Positions 1-14,029 of a stretch of 64,000 nucleotides of DNA are shown here, piece after piece. Both the position numbers and the translations under genes were made by a program. The first letter of the stretch is position 1. Every line of letters begins with the position of its first letter. The DNA is from Chiloscyllium plagiosum (Eukaryota). The stretch spans positions 17,080,719 to 17,144,718 of the forward strand of contig NC_057711.1 of NCBI RefSeq assembly GCF_004010195.1. Direction: 5' to 3'. The notes beneath the pieces were generated by a model. It worked only from the letters and a program-made list of their open reading frames with translations. It ran no database searches and was not told the DNA's origin.

Positions 1-1011
1 GAGTTTAACACATAGTCAAACCAATTTAAGCTTCAAATAACCATTAAGAAATAAGGAAAGACATTAGTATTGGCACTGATATGTGGAAAATGCAGCATAT
101 TTGGCAATTTCATTACCTACCTGAAGAAGGGATCTTTGAAAGCTGGTGGCCTGCAACTTATAATCAACATTCCTCATAAAACTATTGAATAAATTACCTA
201 TCATGAATGGAATACAGGATATAGTTCCTTTAATCTTTGAAACAAAGAAAAGCACTATAATATAATATCCACGAAGTGCATAACCAATATTCCCAAAGGA
301 CAACTGTAGTTCATCATCTTGATGCTGTGGGTTGTTTACTCATAAACCACTGCTCATAACTTACCCAGGCTACGTTTCAGTTGAGTTAATTTAAGCAGTG
401 CACGTGAGATAAATCATTCCCTTGCTTTATTACACTGGAAGGGAAATTCAACAACAGATGGGCATTTTTGAAAAATCATTGTTATTGTTTTTCTAGCAGT
501 CAACTCTATTTAATCAGAATCTCCATTTTCTTGCCTCACCAACTGATTTTCTGTTCCACCTAGGAATATCACAAATGCACAGAAGTTGCACAATGAGTCA
601 TTTTTGCTGTGCAGTTTCGTAAACAAGCATATCCTATCATTAGAAATGTTTATCTGTTCATTGCTCACATTTTAGATGACTCTGAAGAGCATAAAGACAT
701 GAACAGGAGACCCTCACCCTGGTTTTCAGCAGCAATTTGCTTATATAATTTACAGCACACAATGAAATTTGAAAAACATAAGGTAGCATATTCCGACAAA
801 AATTATCACACAGCTAATAAAATGAATATAGATTGAGGTGATAAGTTTTAAGAGGCATCTTAAAGGGGAAGTTGGAGAGGTGGAGAGGCAAAGATATCTA
901 TACAAAAGGAATTAGGAAGCTAAGGGAGCAGATAGCTGACAGCACTGTCATCAATCTTAGAGAAAGGGAATAAGCGATGCACACCAGTTGGAGAATATAA
1001 TTCTTCAAGAG

Positions 1012-1995
1012 CTGAAAATGTGTTGCTGGAAAAGCGCAGCAGGTCAGGCAGCATCCAGGGAAAAGGAGAATCGATGTTTCGGGCATAAGCCCTTCTTCAG
1101 GAATGAGGAAAGTTTGTCCAGCAGGCTAAGATAAAAGGTAGGGAGGGGGGACTTGGGGGAGGGGCGTCGGAAATGTGATAGGTGGAAAGAGGTCAAGGTG
1201 AGGGTGATAGGTCAGACTGGGGTGGGGGCGGAGAGGTCGGGAAGAAGATTGCAGGTTAGGAAGGCGGTGCTGAATTCGATGGATTTGACTGAGACAAGGT
1301 GGGGGGAGGGGAAATGAGGAAACTGGTGAAACCCGAGTTCATCCCTTGTGGTTGGAGGATTCCTNNNNNNNNNNNNNNNNNNNNNNNNNNNNNNNNNNNN
1401 NNNNNNNNNNNNNNNNNNNNNNNNNNNNNNNNNNNNNNNNNNNNNNNNNNNNNNNNNNNNNNNNNNNNNNGTGGGCGCGAGTCTTGCACCTCCTGCGGTT
1501 GCAGGGGAGGGTGCCGGGAGTGGAGGTTGGGTTGGTGGGGGGTGTGGATCTGTCGAGGGAGTCACGGTGGGAGTGGTCTTTACGGAATGCTGTTAGGGGA
1601 GGGGAGGGAAATATATCCTTGGTGGTGGGATCCGTTTGGCGGTGGCGGAAATGACGGCGGATGATGTGCTGTACATGGAGATTGGTGGGGTGGTAGGTGA
1701 GGACCAGTGGGGTTTTGTCCTGGTGGCGGTTGGAGGGGCGGGGTTCAAGGGCGGAGGAGCGGGAAGTGGAAGAGATGCGGTGGAGGGCATCGTCGACCAC
1801 GTTGGGGGGGAAATTGCGGTCCTTGAAGAAGGAGGCCATCTGGGTTGTGCGTTTTTGGAACTGGTCCTCCTGGGAGCAGATGCGGCGGAGTCGAAGGAAT
1901 TGGGAGAATGGGATGGCGTTTTTACAGGGGGCAGGATGGGAGCAACACATTTTCAGCTCTGATCTCCAGCATCTGCAGACCTCACTTTCTCCTCA
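1012..1995 (-). mobile_element. Penelope-like element, 5'-truncated, with short inverted tail arm
   Basis: ORF 1339-1950 (CKNAIPFSQFLRLRRICS...PLVLTYHP...GTLPCNRRRCKT) is PLE RT thumb plus linker. 15-bp TSD ATAATTCTTCAAGAG at 997-1011 and 1996-2010. Segment 1941-1995 is inverted relative to the left end. Hammerhead motif at 1069-1104. Confidence 0.9.
1365..1470. other. Assembly gap (106 N)
   Basis: N run inside a young Penelope-like element. Confidence 1.
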
Positions 1996-2049
1996 ATAAT
2001 TCTTCAAGAGTTGTGCAACTGGGAATTATGGAGATAGGAAAGGGGACCT

Positions 2050-2480
2050 TTGAATATAGGAACACAGGAGCAAGAATGGTCTATTCAGCCCATGAATCTT
2101 TAATGCGATCGTGGCTGATTGAACACTTCAATATCTCTTACTCAACTTATTCCCTTATGCCACTGATAATCAGGACTTCCACAGAATTCTTTAGTGGAGA
2201 ATTGCCAAAGTTCACAAACCTTTTGAGCAAAATAATTTCTTGTCATTGCCCCAAACAGGAGAAACATCTTACCTGCATTCCACTCTGTTCATTTCTTTAA
2301 GTATTTTGAAGATTGCTATGAGATTGCCTCTCATTCTTTGAAACTTTAGAGAATGTAGGCCCGGTTGTACCTATAGAAGCTTTCAGTCAGTCAGTTTTTA
2401 TATTATCACCAGATTGCATTCATAATCTATTGTCCCTTTGCTAAGCAGATTCTCCAGCCTCCTTTGTTATATTCTATAGC
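2050..2480 (-). mobile_element. Decayed CR1 3' fragment
   Basis: ATAGGAACACAGGAGCA...ATTCAGCCC tail. Same family as 9725 and 16835. Confidence 0.65.
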
Positions 2481-2819
2481 CTCCCAATCCTCAGAATTAC
2501 CATTATTTCAATAAGTTTATGTCTTTTAATCAAGGTAACCCAGAACATCCTTTGATGGCCATAGTTGATTGACCGTTATTGGGTTTTTGAGGGATAATAA
2601 CATGAGAAAGAAAATTTTACAAATAGATTATTGCTAAAATGGAAGCTAATGCAGATTGACAAGTATCATGTCGATGTATAGACAGGATTGGTGCAAGCCA
2701 AAATGCGAAGTGCTGGGTTTAGAATGAACTTAAATTTATGAAGAGTAGAAAGGAAGCCAAAAGGACAGCATTGGAATAATCACATGAACAGAACCAAGCA
2801 TGTGGATTTCAGATAATGC

Positions 2820-2948
2820 GAGGCATTGATAAACATATGGATGAAAATGGAATAGTGTAGGTTAGATGGGCTTCAGATTGGATCCACAGGTTGGTGCAAC
2901 ATTGAGGGCCGAAGGGCCTGCTCTACGCTGTAACGTTCTATGCTCTCT
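2820..2948 (+). mobile_element. CR1/HER1 extreme 3' end
   Basis: Reverse complement of 33630-33760 (GAGGGCCGAAGGGCCTG...TTCTATG). Confidence 0.8.
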
Positions 2949-3104
2949 GCCCAAAGGGAGGAGAAATGGAAGTGATTTGATTGCCCATCCCTAGTTGCTC
3001 TTTGATGGTGTTGATGGTGAACTGCCTCTGCCTATTTAGTATTGCAAATCCACCCACAATCCTTTCTTTATCCAGTGGCATCTTTAGATACAAGTGAGTA
3101 TCTT

Positions 3105-3380
3105 TAAAGGTTTGTTAAGGATCAATCACAATACTGTGATCTGAAGTCACATATAGTCCAGACCAGATAAGAATCACAGATTTCCTCCCCTAAAGGAGGT
3201 TGTTTTTAGGTGGGTTCAATCCTGTTTCATAATCATTAGCATCAAGATTAGTATTTTATTCCAGATTGATTAATTGTATTGATATTGCCCCATGGTGGGA
3301 TTTGAATTCATGTCTCTTGCACATTAAAGCTGACTCTCTGGATTACTAATCCAGTCATATTACCATGGTTTATCACCATC
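3105..3380 (-). mobile_element. tRNA-derived SINE, second family
   Basis: Reverse complement of the 5691 and 60592 copies. Confidence 0.7.
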
Positions 3381-4744
3381 CATGGAGTAGGACAGAGATG
3401 GTCCTATTTTTTTGGTGAGGATATTTTTGCATCTAACTGAATGTTGATGTTGCAACTGATTTATCATGGCCATGGAAGGGAATGGAAATCATGGCTGTAC
3501 TTGTTGTCCTCCCTCAGGTTGACAGCATTCATACTCCCACTGTCATTCTCTCAGTGTCCTTACTATTAACGGTTAGTCAGCCAAGATTGCTGCAAGGCCA
3601 TCTGTGGTCTCCCCCAAACAAGGTCAGCTCCTCCTCCCAGTCATACTGCAGCACTTGTGTAGAACTGTGAAGTAACACTAAAGGTGAAGGAACTAATCAG
3701 TTACACTAAAGTGAATAATTCAATTGCTCAAGTACAAATGCTATTGGTTGTTGGATCATGTTTAGATGAAATTCTGTTGATAGGTTCTTTTAGGAGTTGA
3801 GCTAATAGAACACAGTGATGCTACTGTGCTAAATGAATGGGTGCTAAATGGTTCCTCCATTTCTCATTCTTCCTTCCTTCTATTCTATCTTTTGAGTTGA
3901 TCTTTTGTTGGGGTTTTAAAGGCTGGGAGTTTGCATTTAAGCCAGATTGATTGACGAGATGGCAAAGTCAAGAACTATCTTCAAACTTAGGCTTCCGTAG
4001 AACCTTGTTTATGACATATTAATATTACCTACAGCTATACATAGTAATCGGAGGGATACCAGGTTCTATTCTTAATATGGCCCTACATTGTTAAGAAGCT
4101 GCTCTCTCAACTGTATTTGTCTTCCATCTTCAACTCGTATAACTAACTCTACCTACACTGTGCTATTTATGCCCTGCGGGAAGCAACAGTATGACATCAT
4201 TGTAAGGTTACACCAGGATCTTTACAACAAACCTTCTCAAATTTCTGTCTCTGATAGCCCCTCTCTGCTGTCTGATTCCAAATCCCAATCATACTGTAAC
4301 TCAAGAGGAACTGCAGAAATAACCCTTTACGAACAATGCAGACATTCCCCTCCATTTCCAACAGCTCTGACCTGCCAGTAAAGATCCACCCTTTAAAATC
4401 CAAACAGTTCAAACTAAAGCCCTCCAATAACAATCAACACAGTTCCTCCACTCAGTCGCACTAACAATGCAGACAGAAGCACCTGATATAAGTAACACTC
4501 ATTGATTGGGATGGGCTGCTATCTTCAGCCAGGAAGGAGAAAGAGTGGGCAGGAACTGGACAAGGGCAGATCAAAGAACATCCCAATTACCCTGCTCAAG
4601 CACATTGATTGCCCTACCTGAGGTGAAATCATGAATGACATTTCACAGGATGAGTATCACATGCTAATACAAAACCGTAGATGTTTGAAGCATCATGAGA
4701 AGTCTCTTGGTGACTTTAAATTAGATTTGCACTGTAAAGGTTTG

Positions 4745-4960
4745 GTTGCTACAGTCTCATCATACGATAGGTCTTCTCCTTTATTAGAAAGGGGCGACTG
4801 GTAGTGGTTTAAGTTGAGGATCACTGCTCCACAAGCAAGACTAGAGATTAAGATGAAGAATCCTTCATGGTAACCTTAGCCAGTGCATGAATTGAATCCA
4901 CACTGTTGATCTCATTCTGCTTTGCAAACCAGCTGTCTAGCCAACTGAGCTAGCCGGCCC
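4745..4960 (-). mobile_element. tRNA-derived SINE, third family
   Basis: Minus strand head GGCTAGCTCAGTTGG (A box) and GGATTCAATTC (B box). Confidence 0.65.
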
Positions 4961-5690
4961 CCAAGTTAACACTGTGAACAGGAGTAAGGGAAACAAAGAC
5001 TCAGGAAATAAGAGAGAACAGCCATTGCACTGCCTTCTGAACACATTATAAAGAGGAATAATTATAAAGGCTTCAACAAATTTTGTATGTTTTGAAGAAT
5101 TGAATTTTCATTTCAATTTCTCAAATATTCAGTGTGCACCTGTCAGTGCTGTTTATTGAATGAAAACTCAGGGAGGCTTTTGGTTTCAGACAGTAGCAGA
5201 TTCTTGCTGTTGTTTCAGTAGCACTGCAGTGATGGCAGACCTGGCACCACCTTGACTGCAAATTTTCATGAAAGTGGTTGCGCCGACCCTCTTGATTTCC
5301 TGATCTCCTATGGTGGCACAGTCTGTGACAGGCTTAGCCACATTCCACACCTCCCCAGCAGCCTCCCAGTGCAACATATGCCATTAAAGAAGAGGACCTG
5401 TGCCAGTGATGTCAACGTACTCCTTGGAATTGGCAAAGGGTTGGCAACCCCATGAGGACAGGTGGTATCCAGCTGAGCTATTGTCAATGTCGCTGCCACC
5501 TGCCCTGAGTTTGCACATGTCAAGTGGCTCACTCGCCCTCTGATATATAGAATTTAGATGGACTTACACTTTATGTACTGCATCGAAATCAGGTAATCAC
5601 TCCAAACGGTTTGCTCTTCTGATTTGCTTCTATCATATGTTGCTATGGGTCCTGTGATATTTCAATAAACTCACTTTAAAAATCAATAAT

Positions 5691-6105
5691 GAGGTGATCA
5701 TCTAGTGGTATTATTGCTCGACTATTAATCCAAAGATCTGAGTTCAAATCCCACCATGGCAGGTGGTATAATTTGAATTCAATAAGTATCTGAATCTAAG
5801 AGTCTAATTTTGGTGATGAAATCATTTTTGATTGTCAGGGAAAACCTATCTTGTTCTCCAATGCCTTTTAGGGAAGGAAATCTGCCATCCTTACGTGGTT
5901 TAGCCTAAATGTAGCTCCAGAAGCACAGTGATGAGCCCCGTACTAATCAAGAGATACCCATCTGTATCTTTGCCTTAAATACATTCAATGACTCCACAGC
6001 CCTCTGCATCATCGAGTCGTAATGACTCTTAACTGCCCTCTGAGCAATTACAGAGGGGCAACAAATGCTGGCCTGGTTATTGTCCTCAATATCACCTGGA
6101 TAAAC
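5691..6105 (+). mobile_element. tRNA-derived SINE, second family
   Basis: A box TAGTGG and B box GAGTTCAAATCCC, body TTTAGGGAAGGAAATCTGCC, tail GGGCAACAAATGCTGGCC. About 90 bp of foreign sequence at 5931-6020. Confidence 0.8.
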
Positions 6106-6143
6106 TTAACAAAAACTCATTTCCAGGCTTTTTGTTCAGGTAT

Positions 6144-6995
6144 GAAAAATGTGGCACTGGAAAAGTACAGCAGGTCAGGTAGCATCCGAGGAGCCGGAGG
6201 GATGACACTTCAGGCATAAACTCTTCATCAGGAATGTGGGGGTGTGGGTAAGGAGGCTGAGAGACAGTGCTGAATTGGAGGGTTGGATTTGGGATGAGGT
6301 GGGGGAGGGGAGATTTGGAAGCAAGTGAAGTCGACGTTAATGCTGTGTGGTTGAAGGATCCTGAGGTGGAAGATGAGGCGCTCTTCCTCCAGTTGTCTGG
6401 CAGCTTGGATTTCCTTGGCAGAGTAGGAGTGGGAGTTGAAATGGTTGGCCACAGCACAGTGGGGTTTGATGCGTGTCCCAGAGATGGGCAACCATGTCCT
6501 GAAATACAAGTCCTGGACCTCCCCCACCACCAAATCCAAGCCACTCAACAACTGGATGAAGAATGCCTCATCTTCCACCTTGGGACACTCAACCACACAG
6601 CACTAACATCGACTTCACTTGCTTCCAAATCTCCCCTCCCCCCACCTCATCCCAGATCCAACCCTCCACTTCCCACCTATCCGCGCCACACTCCCCTCCG
6701 ACCTACTGCCATCAGCCCCCACCTGCATCACCTATCACTTTCCAGCTACCTCACTCCCCTCCGACCTACTGCCATCAGCCCCCACCTGCATCACCTATCA
6801 CTTTCCCAGCTACCTTCCCACTACCCCTACTCCTATCCTCCTACTTATCTTCAGCTCCCTTCCCCCTCCACATTCCTGATGAAGGGCTTATGCCTAACAC
6901 ATCAACTCTACTGCTCCTCGGTTGATGCCTGACCTAATGTGCTCTTCCAGTTTTTGGCTCTGACTCTCCAGCATCTGCATTAACCTCTTTCTCCT
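6144..6995. mobile_element. Penelope-like element 3' region in fold-back arrangement
   Basis: Left arm minus and right arm plus, switching near 6505. Both arms encode the GIY-YIG C-terminus (RQLEEERLIFHLRILQPHSINVDF / QLDEECLIFHLGTL). Both hammerhead motifs are mutated. Confidence 0.85.
6689..6815 (+). repeat. 63-bp tandem duplication inside a PLE
   Basis: CACTCCCCTCCGACCTACTGCCATCAGCCCCCACCTGCATCACCTATCACTTTCC... starts at 6689 and again at 6752. Confidence 0.95.
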
Positions 6996-7079
6996 ACTTG
7001 TTCCATGACACTCCGGGTGTGAACATTCCTTACTAAAACACTTATGCATCGCTCTAAAATTTTACAATAATACAACAAC

Positions 7080-7530
7080 ATTTGCACATGTCTCTACCAA
7101 TTCTTGTTCTCCCTCATGTATTTATCCAGCTTCTGTTTAAAGGCATCTATGGTATTCACCAATCCTGCCTGGCAATAGCAAGTCTCAAATTTTAACCACT
7201 CTCAGAAGTTTCTCCTGAATTTCCTGTCAGAGTTGTAAAAGTCTTTCTTTTATTTATCACTACTAGTTCTGACTGTTTCACGAGTGGAAATATCTTTCCC
7301 ATGTCTCCTCTATCATACACCATCAGATCAGCCCCTCAACCAGCTCTGATGCAATGGAAAAATCTCAGCCTGTTCAATCGTCGCTGATTGGTATAACTTT
7401 TCAGTTTTGGTGTCATCTTTGTAGGTCTTCTTTATACTTTCTCCCAAGCCTCTATAATCCTGCATATGATCTGGAGATCAGGCTGTGCACAGTACTTCAA
7501 GTGTGATTGAACCAATGTTCTAATACAAGC
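7080..7530 (-). mobile_element. Old CR1 3' fragment
   Basis: Similar to 8950-9330, 16145-16450, 18970-19250 and 47705-47880. Confidence 0.6.
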
Positions 7531-9120
7531 TGAAAATAATTATTCTGGTTTTTGAACCAGTGATAAAGATGGAAGGCACCAGAGCAAAAAGGAAACTTAA
7601 GAAGCTGCACAACTCCTCATCAACTATGGACTGACCAACCAAATGACGAATGATTAACTGCCAATGTAGCTTCTGAATTAACTATTCTCCATTAAATTTT
7701 GTTCCTCCCTTAGCCTTCTATTTTGCCTGTTCCACTTTAATTTATTATTCACTGACTTCACCCAATTCTTTTACAGCTTCTACACTCTTTCTTTTACTCT
7801 TTCTATCTCTTTTCCACTCTGTGTCTTCTTCTACACTCTCTCGGATTTTGTGACAAGAATGCTGTTGCTCTAAAAGACCACCATTGGCTGTCTACCACTA
7901 TATGGTTCTGAATGCTGCATTTCCAACAATGTAACCACCACCTCACTTTCTCCACAATTCTACATCCAGTAGAGTGCCAAAGTCCTAAAACCATAATCAA
8001 CATCACTAAAGTGCTTGAACTAGAAATTGAGTCGACATGAGCAATATCATTGAAGTCTGTCTCGCCCAGAATAGTGGATAGGATGTACACTGAATGGTAT
8101 TGATAAAATTAATCAATGGAATGCAGAGGTGAATTCATTCCTTTTGTAGTCAAAACTTTTGTTAAAGGATTTGTATGACAGTGAATTTCATACACTTCAC
8201 AGCATAGATGGACTACACCCAAGTTTATCCTTCGTATAAGATTACTTCCAAATCTTATCTGCACATCCACTCATTCCTTTCACTGTCATGTACTTACCTC
8301 TCTTCCCCATAAAACTCGATAGACTATTCAGCTCAAACTATTCTATGTGATAGCAAATGGAATATTCAGTTTTATCTTTCAAAACTGATTCAGAAATACT
8401 TCAAGCGAGAGGAGAATTGTAAAAACTAACTTTGACTGTGACTATACTGGAAATTTGATTTTTTAAAAATTGATAATCCCTTTAAAGTTCTGTAGGAACA
8501 ATATTCCTTATTCACTGGAAACTGGCAGTGTCTGACTGAAATCAATAGTGCTTTGTGGGCAGTTTGCTTGCATCAGTAATGACTCAACTGGAAGTCAAAA
8601 ATGTGCTAGAACAATACTGCTTCCAAAACGGGGAGATTTGGTGTCGGGTTAAGTACAATGGGTGGTGTGTAGGCCTGGCCTCACGTCAACCCTTCACTGC
8701 TGCTTGTTTACATCCTCAAAGAAAGCCCCAAGTATCTGATTCACTGGAATTACACCAGAGTAATTGCGGTAAAGGGAAGGGACAAGGAACATTCAACGAT
8801 CTATTTTGCAATTACTCAGTGGCTGGGACTACTGGAAAAAGAAAGACTGAGTTCTTTATGGGGTCTTTCATGATGTCACAGGGCACTTTAAAATCACACA
8901 GATTTTATACTTTAGTAGTTGTACTAAAGAAAATCGAGAAGCTAAATTCGACATAGAATTACATCGTTTTACAGTGTAGAAGCAGGCCATTCAATCCAAC
9001 TGGTCTACATTGGATGTTTATACTCTGCACAAGCCTACCCTTCTATTCCATTCTCTCACAGTTAATCAACATTACTTGAAAAGCATTTATGCTATTTGCT
9101 TCCAATACTCCCTGTAGGAG

Positions 9121-9284
9121 CAGATGTGCAGGTCAGGTGAATTGGCCATGCGAAATTGCCCATGGTGTTAGGTGCATTAGTCAGAGGGAAATGGGTCTGG
9201 GTGGGTTACTCTTCAGAGGGTCGGTGTGGACTAGTTGGGCTGAAGGGCCTGTTTCCACACTGTAGGGAATCTAAACTAATCTAA
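9121..9284 (+). mobile_element. HE1 (V-SINE) 3' half
   Basis: GATGTGCAGGTCAGGTGAATTGGCCATG...GAAGGGCCTGTTTCCACACTGTAGGGAATCTAA. Confidence 0.9.
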
Positions 9285-9382
9285 AAAATTTGGCATGCAA
9301 GCCATTATCTGGGTAAGGAAGATTCTCCTGAATTTGAATTAACGACCTAAAAAAAATTGTATTAATTGTTAGCTAACTGGTT

Positions 9383-9555
9383 TATTAGTAATGTTGGTTG
9401 AGGGATATATATTTGCCAAGATTCTCCTGCTATTCTTCGAAATTGTGGTGGGTGAACTTGAACTTTCTTTTCAGAGTCTCAGTTTAATCATTACATCTGA
9501 AAGCCAGTATTTCTGACAGTGCAACACTGGAAGCATCAGCCTCAGTTATGCACTA
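9383..9555 (-). mobile_element. DeuSINE (SacSINE1-like) fragment
   Basis: Minus strand TGCACTGTCAGA...TTTCAGATG...TTAAACTGAG...TTTCGAAGAATAGCAGG...ATCCCTCAACCAACATTACTAA resembles the recalled Deu domain. Confidence 0.6.
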
Positions 9556-9724
9556 ATGTAGTGAACCATCCACAGGCAAATCCTTAAAAGAAGACAGCAA
9601 ACTCCTCATGGTGGGCGGTGTAATGCCAACGTACCTGTCCAACTGAAACAAAAATTTTTAACATTTGCCATGCCGTTTTGTGAAGATGTTTAAAGAAGAA
9701 AACAATGGAACTTGCTAAGACCCA

Positions 9725-10062
9725 AAGACATAGGTACAAAATTTGCCATTCAGCCCATCAAGTTCACCATTCAATCATGGCTGATATGTTTCTCAACCCC
9801 CTTCTCCATATAATCCTTGATCTCCTTACTAATCAAACCTATCTATGTCTATCTTAAATATACTGAATGACTTGGCCTCCACAGCCCTCTGCAACAATGA
9901 GTTCCACAGGTGAACAACTTCTGGTTGAAGAAATTCCTCCTCATCTCAGTTCTGAAGGGTTGTCCCTTCACTCAGACTGTAACCTCAGGTCCTAGACTCT
10001 CCTACTAGGGGAAACATCTTCCCCATGTCCAGTCTATGCAGGTTTCTCAGTATTCTATAAGT
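9725..10062 (-). mobile_element. CR1 3' fragment
   Basis: CCATTCAATCATGGCTGAT...GAAGAAATTCCTCCTCATCTCAGT, an antisense CR1 3' signature. Confidence 0.8.
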
Positions 10063-13000
10063 TAAAGAACATAAAGACAATACTGTTTACAGTATTTACA
10101 TTTAACATTTATTTTTGGAATATAATTCAATGCTGAAGAATATCATTAACACATTTAGCCCCTTGAGTCTGCTCCACTGTTGCATTAAATGATAACTGAT
10201 CAACTGCACTGTTTTCCCTTTGTCCTACATCCCGTAATCTCGAAATCTCACAAAAACATGCTGAATTAAATGTTAGAAAACTATGTAAATGGACAGACAT
10301 GTTGGCTGCAATCTAATAATTAGTTTATTTCTAAAATGCATCATAGATTCTTACTAACACGAGTGGAAGATGGGAAATCAATCTCTCTATCCATCAATCA
10401 TTGCATCTATTTATTTCACTATTTCCCATTTCATCCATTTACATTAATCTGATTTGTTTTGTTCATGGGATTTGTTTCCAATCTCCAGTTGGCTAGAGGG
10501 TAATTAAGAGTCAACTATATTCTGTGGTTCTGACACACCCTTTCTTCATTCTTATAGTAAGGAAAAAGATTTCCATTATTCGATCATTACCACAACTTTT
10601 TTGAAAAAAAATGATCTTTAATATTTAGCTCACAATATCAAGTGTGTGTTTAAATCAGCCACGCATACTCTTTTGCCAGTATTTTTGTTGGAGCTGTTTC
10701 CATCCATTACAAAGTTTGATCTTTTAGTCAGGTTAGCTTCAGCTGAAAATGCACAGTAAAATATCCAATGTGTCTGACACTGGTATGAGAGAAGCCAAAC
10801 ACTTGAATAACTTTCTGTTCAAGTAATAATCTAATCTATTGACATCAGTCTTCATCAGCACTTTCCCATTTCATTAAAACAGTCAACATTACTTGATAAA
10901 TGCTTACTTTCACTTTCAGACCTGGATGTTCTGAGAGCAGATCACTGTAGTTTATGCAAGATACTTATCAAGAGTCGTTTTACTGAACTATAAATACGAA
11001 GATAAATCATGCGTCACTGTATCTTACAGAATTGGAAATATGTTACAACATTAAAGATGTCCAGTCTCATCTGTATTGGTCTTGTCATAAGATGAATGAA
11101 ATAGTCCCACTGCCCTGCAAATATTTACCCTTTCAAGAAGAAACCCACTTTCCTTTTGAAAGTTGCCATTGCATGTTCTTCCTCCAGTCTTTCAGACATT
11201 ACATTCCAGAAAACAAAGCCTTGCTGAGCCAAAACGATTTTCTCCATCTCTCTTCTGGCTGTTTTGCTAATTATTTAAAATTTCTAATCTGGGGTCACTG
11301 ATCCTTATGCACCTGGAAACAATTTCTCCCTAATCCATTAAAAACTTCTCTTAATTTTGAATACACCTATTAAGTTTTCTCATAACCTTTTCTGCTATAA
11401 TAGACTCAGTCCTGGTTTTTCCAGTCTCCAGCGAACTGAAGTCCACCCTCACCCCCTCAAACTATTTTGATAATCTATTCTGCTCCTTCACCAAATGACT
11501 TGATATCCTTGAAAGTGTGCTGAAATAAAAATGTCACTGAAGTGCCAATTTGCAGTTTTGAGTCTGCCCACAGTGTAAAGGAACTGCAGTAACAGGTTTG
11601 GGATTTTGTAAAGCATGTGTGCTCCTGGAGCAGTGAGGAAAGGTGGCAGTAACAGTAGGTGAGATGCTGGGTGCATTGAAAGCACAGATGGTACAGACCC
11701 AGTTCGCAGTGTTTGAAAAACAAAATAAGCAAAAACACTTCCATCGATTCCCATCTCTGAGTCTGGCTTTTCAATATTTAATGAGGAGAAGCAGATGGAA
11801 AACATCTTTTATGACCGATTACACACATGACCTAATTGTTCCATACAGCATAAACTCGCATGTTATGGAATAATGGAGTTAATAAATGTGGCAATTACTC
11901 ATACATTTTTTTTAAGAAATGCCAGACTTTATCGAAATATTTATTGTACTATTACAAGCATGCACACAAATTATTTGTGATTTTAGAAAAAAGGATGGTT
12001 CCTCTTCTCATTCATTATCAAAGTGGTTCCCAGCTGATTTTTGTTTTGCCCCTTCATTATGGCATTGATTTCTCTCGTGGCTCTCCCGATTCTGCCTTCA
12101 GGAAAGAAAGCAGGCAATCTGTTCCCAGGCAACTGCCAATTCTAATGTTGAAACCTGCTGTCTATAAAGAGATGAAAAGAGCTTGCTGCTGAACCTGCCT
12201 CCATTACTTCTCCTGCCTTGTTCAGGGTCAACTATAACATCCCTCTGCAATGGCACTTTAGAGATGATTATGCAGGTAATCTTAAGCATTGACCCATATA
12301 CCACCCATTCGTGGTACTGCAGGTTGTCTTCCATTACAACACCCATTACAATGCCCATTCCCTGCATCACCAACACGTAGCAGGAGCAATATGTATCATT
12401 TATATGTATCAACTCACCGAGACTCCATCAACTGCACTTTCCAAGCCTGCAACTTCTACCCCTGAGAAGGATAAGAGTTGCAGATGTTTGGGAACACCAC
12501 TATCTACATATTCCTCTCCGGGTCACACACCATCCTGACTTGGATAACTGGCTTGGAACACCCTCACCATATCTCAGTCAAAATCCTGGAAATCTCTCAC
12601 TTTAACAACGGAACTCGATAAGGGTGTAAATTCATCTTGGGTGACAGCTGACGAACAGATAATATTCAATGGGTTACCCATTCTGAAAATTGTCCAATTG
12701 CCTTTTAAAATGAAGCTAGTGAAGTAAATAGTTGAACAGAATGCAACTTTGGATTACTGGAGCTTTTGTGGCACAGTGGTAGCATCCCTACCTTTGGGCC
12801 AGGAGGCCCGGATTCAGTTTCCACCTGTTACCAAGGTGTACAAAAGCAGCTCTAAACAGGCTCATTATCTAAAGATAGCTCATCATCTCCTCAGATAAAA
12901 CTATGTCCTTCAATTTTATCTGTGACTGAGAAGCTACTATTTTATTTTTGACTCAAAATGACATTGTAATGCCCAATAATTATTCAAAAAAATGAAAAGT

Positions 13001-14029
13001 TCTCTTAGCTTCACAAGCTGTTCAGATAGATCAAGCATGATTTGTGATCAAACTCCATATTACCATTCTCCCATAAACTCTAATCTGAGTGCAAATTTCA
13101 ATGCAGCCTGGGATGATACAGAATACCATTTAGCTGAATATAACAACAAACAAAAAAAATTAGTTGTTTTCATAGAACAGGAAGATTTCCAATTATTTTA
13201 ACTAACCTGTTCAGTCTTATTATGTCACACCTTTGAAGCAGATGAGACTGGAACACAGGCTTCCCAGAGGTAGGGACAAAAACACCACACCACAAGTGTC
13301 CTTTGATTTCCACTCATGTAGTGTATCAAGACAGTCCAAAGAGATTTACAACTAATGCCATGCATTTGAAGCCAAGTTATTATTGTCATCAGTAATCTAA
13401 GAAAGTGGCTTAACAGCCTAAATAAATTAGAAGGGGCTTCACTCGTGGTCTTGAGAATGACATATCCTTGATTTGATTGCTAAGTAGTAAAGGATAGTCA
13501 CAGCTACCTGGAACTCAGTGCTTGTATTGGTCACAGAGGCAGAAACTCTCATAGCCTTTAAGAAATAATTAGATATGCTCTTGCGATGCCAATACATACA
13601 CAGCTCCTGGATAAGTGCTGGAAAATGGGATTAGAAGAGTTTGGTGATTGTTCTTGACAGGTGCAGACACATTTGGGCTGAGAGCCTTTTTTTATTGCTG
13701 TAGATCTCTCTGACTCTGTGACTCCTTTATCATAATATCCTCGTTTGCTGGAAAATAAATATATCAGAATATTTCTCTTTTTTTCTGGCAAGATGACTGA
13801 AAGATACAACAGCACCACATCATCCTCCACCTTCTCCAAATCGCAACCCAGACAGACAATGGGTTCTTTGGCCTTTTTGACACAACCAAACCTCAGGACC
13901 CTTCCAAGTGGCAGATGGGAGTTCTTCCACTTGACAGGATGATAGAAGTCTCGATCTCCCAACTTTGGCTGGTCATCTCCTCTCCTTACAGATGCAAAGG
14001 AAGATTACTGCTGTGACGTCCCCCTCCAA

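Larger units (their letters stand above)
840..2045 (-). mobile_element. Degraded L2-like LINE fragment split by the PLE at 1012-1995
   Basis: Sequence on both sides of the PLE joins through the TSD into a purine-rich tract similar to 43850-44055. Confidence 0.5.

Noticed and set aside
119-140. CCTGAAGAAGGGATCTTTGAAAG as another hammerhead
   Set aside because: Weak stem II, no convincing stem I and no flanking PLE sequence. Probably chance.
6267-6932. 221-aa Pro/His-rich ORF
   Set aside because: Read-through across a PLE inversion junction and a 63-bp tandem duplication.
8555-8956. 133-aa ORF as an exon or nested gene
   Set aside because: Non-ATG start, no recognisable domain, and a length within chance expectation.
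12755-13300. Inverted pair at 12755-12870 and 13195-13300 as transposon TIRs
   Set aside because: Both look like independent decayed copies of a short tRNA-derived SINE (another near 43715), with low mutual identity and no TSD.
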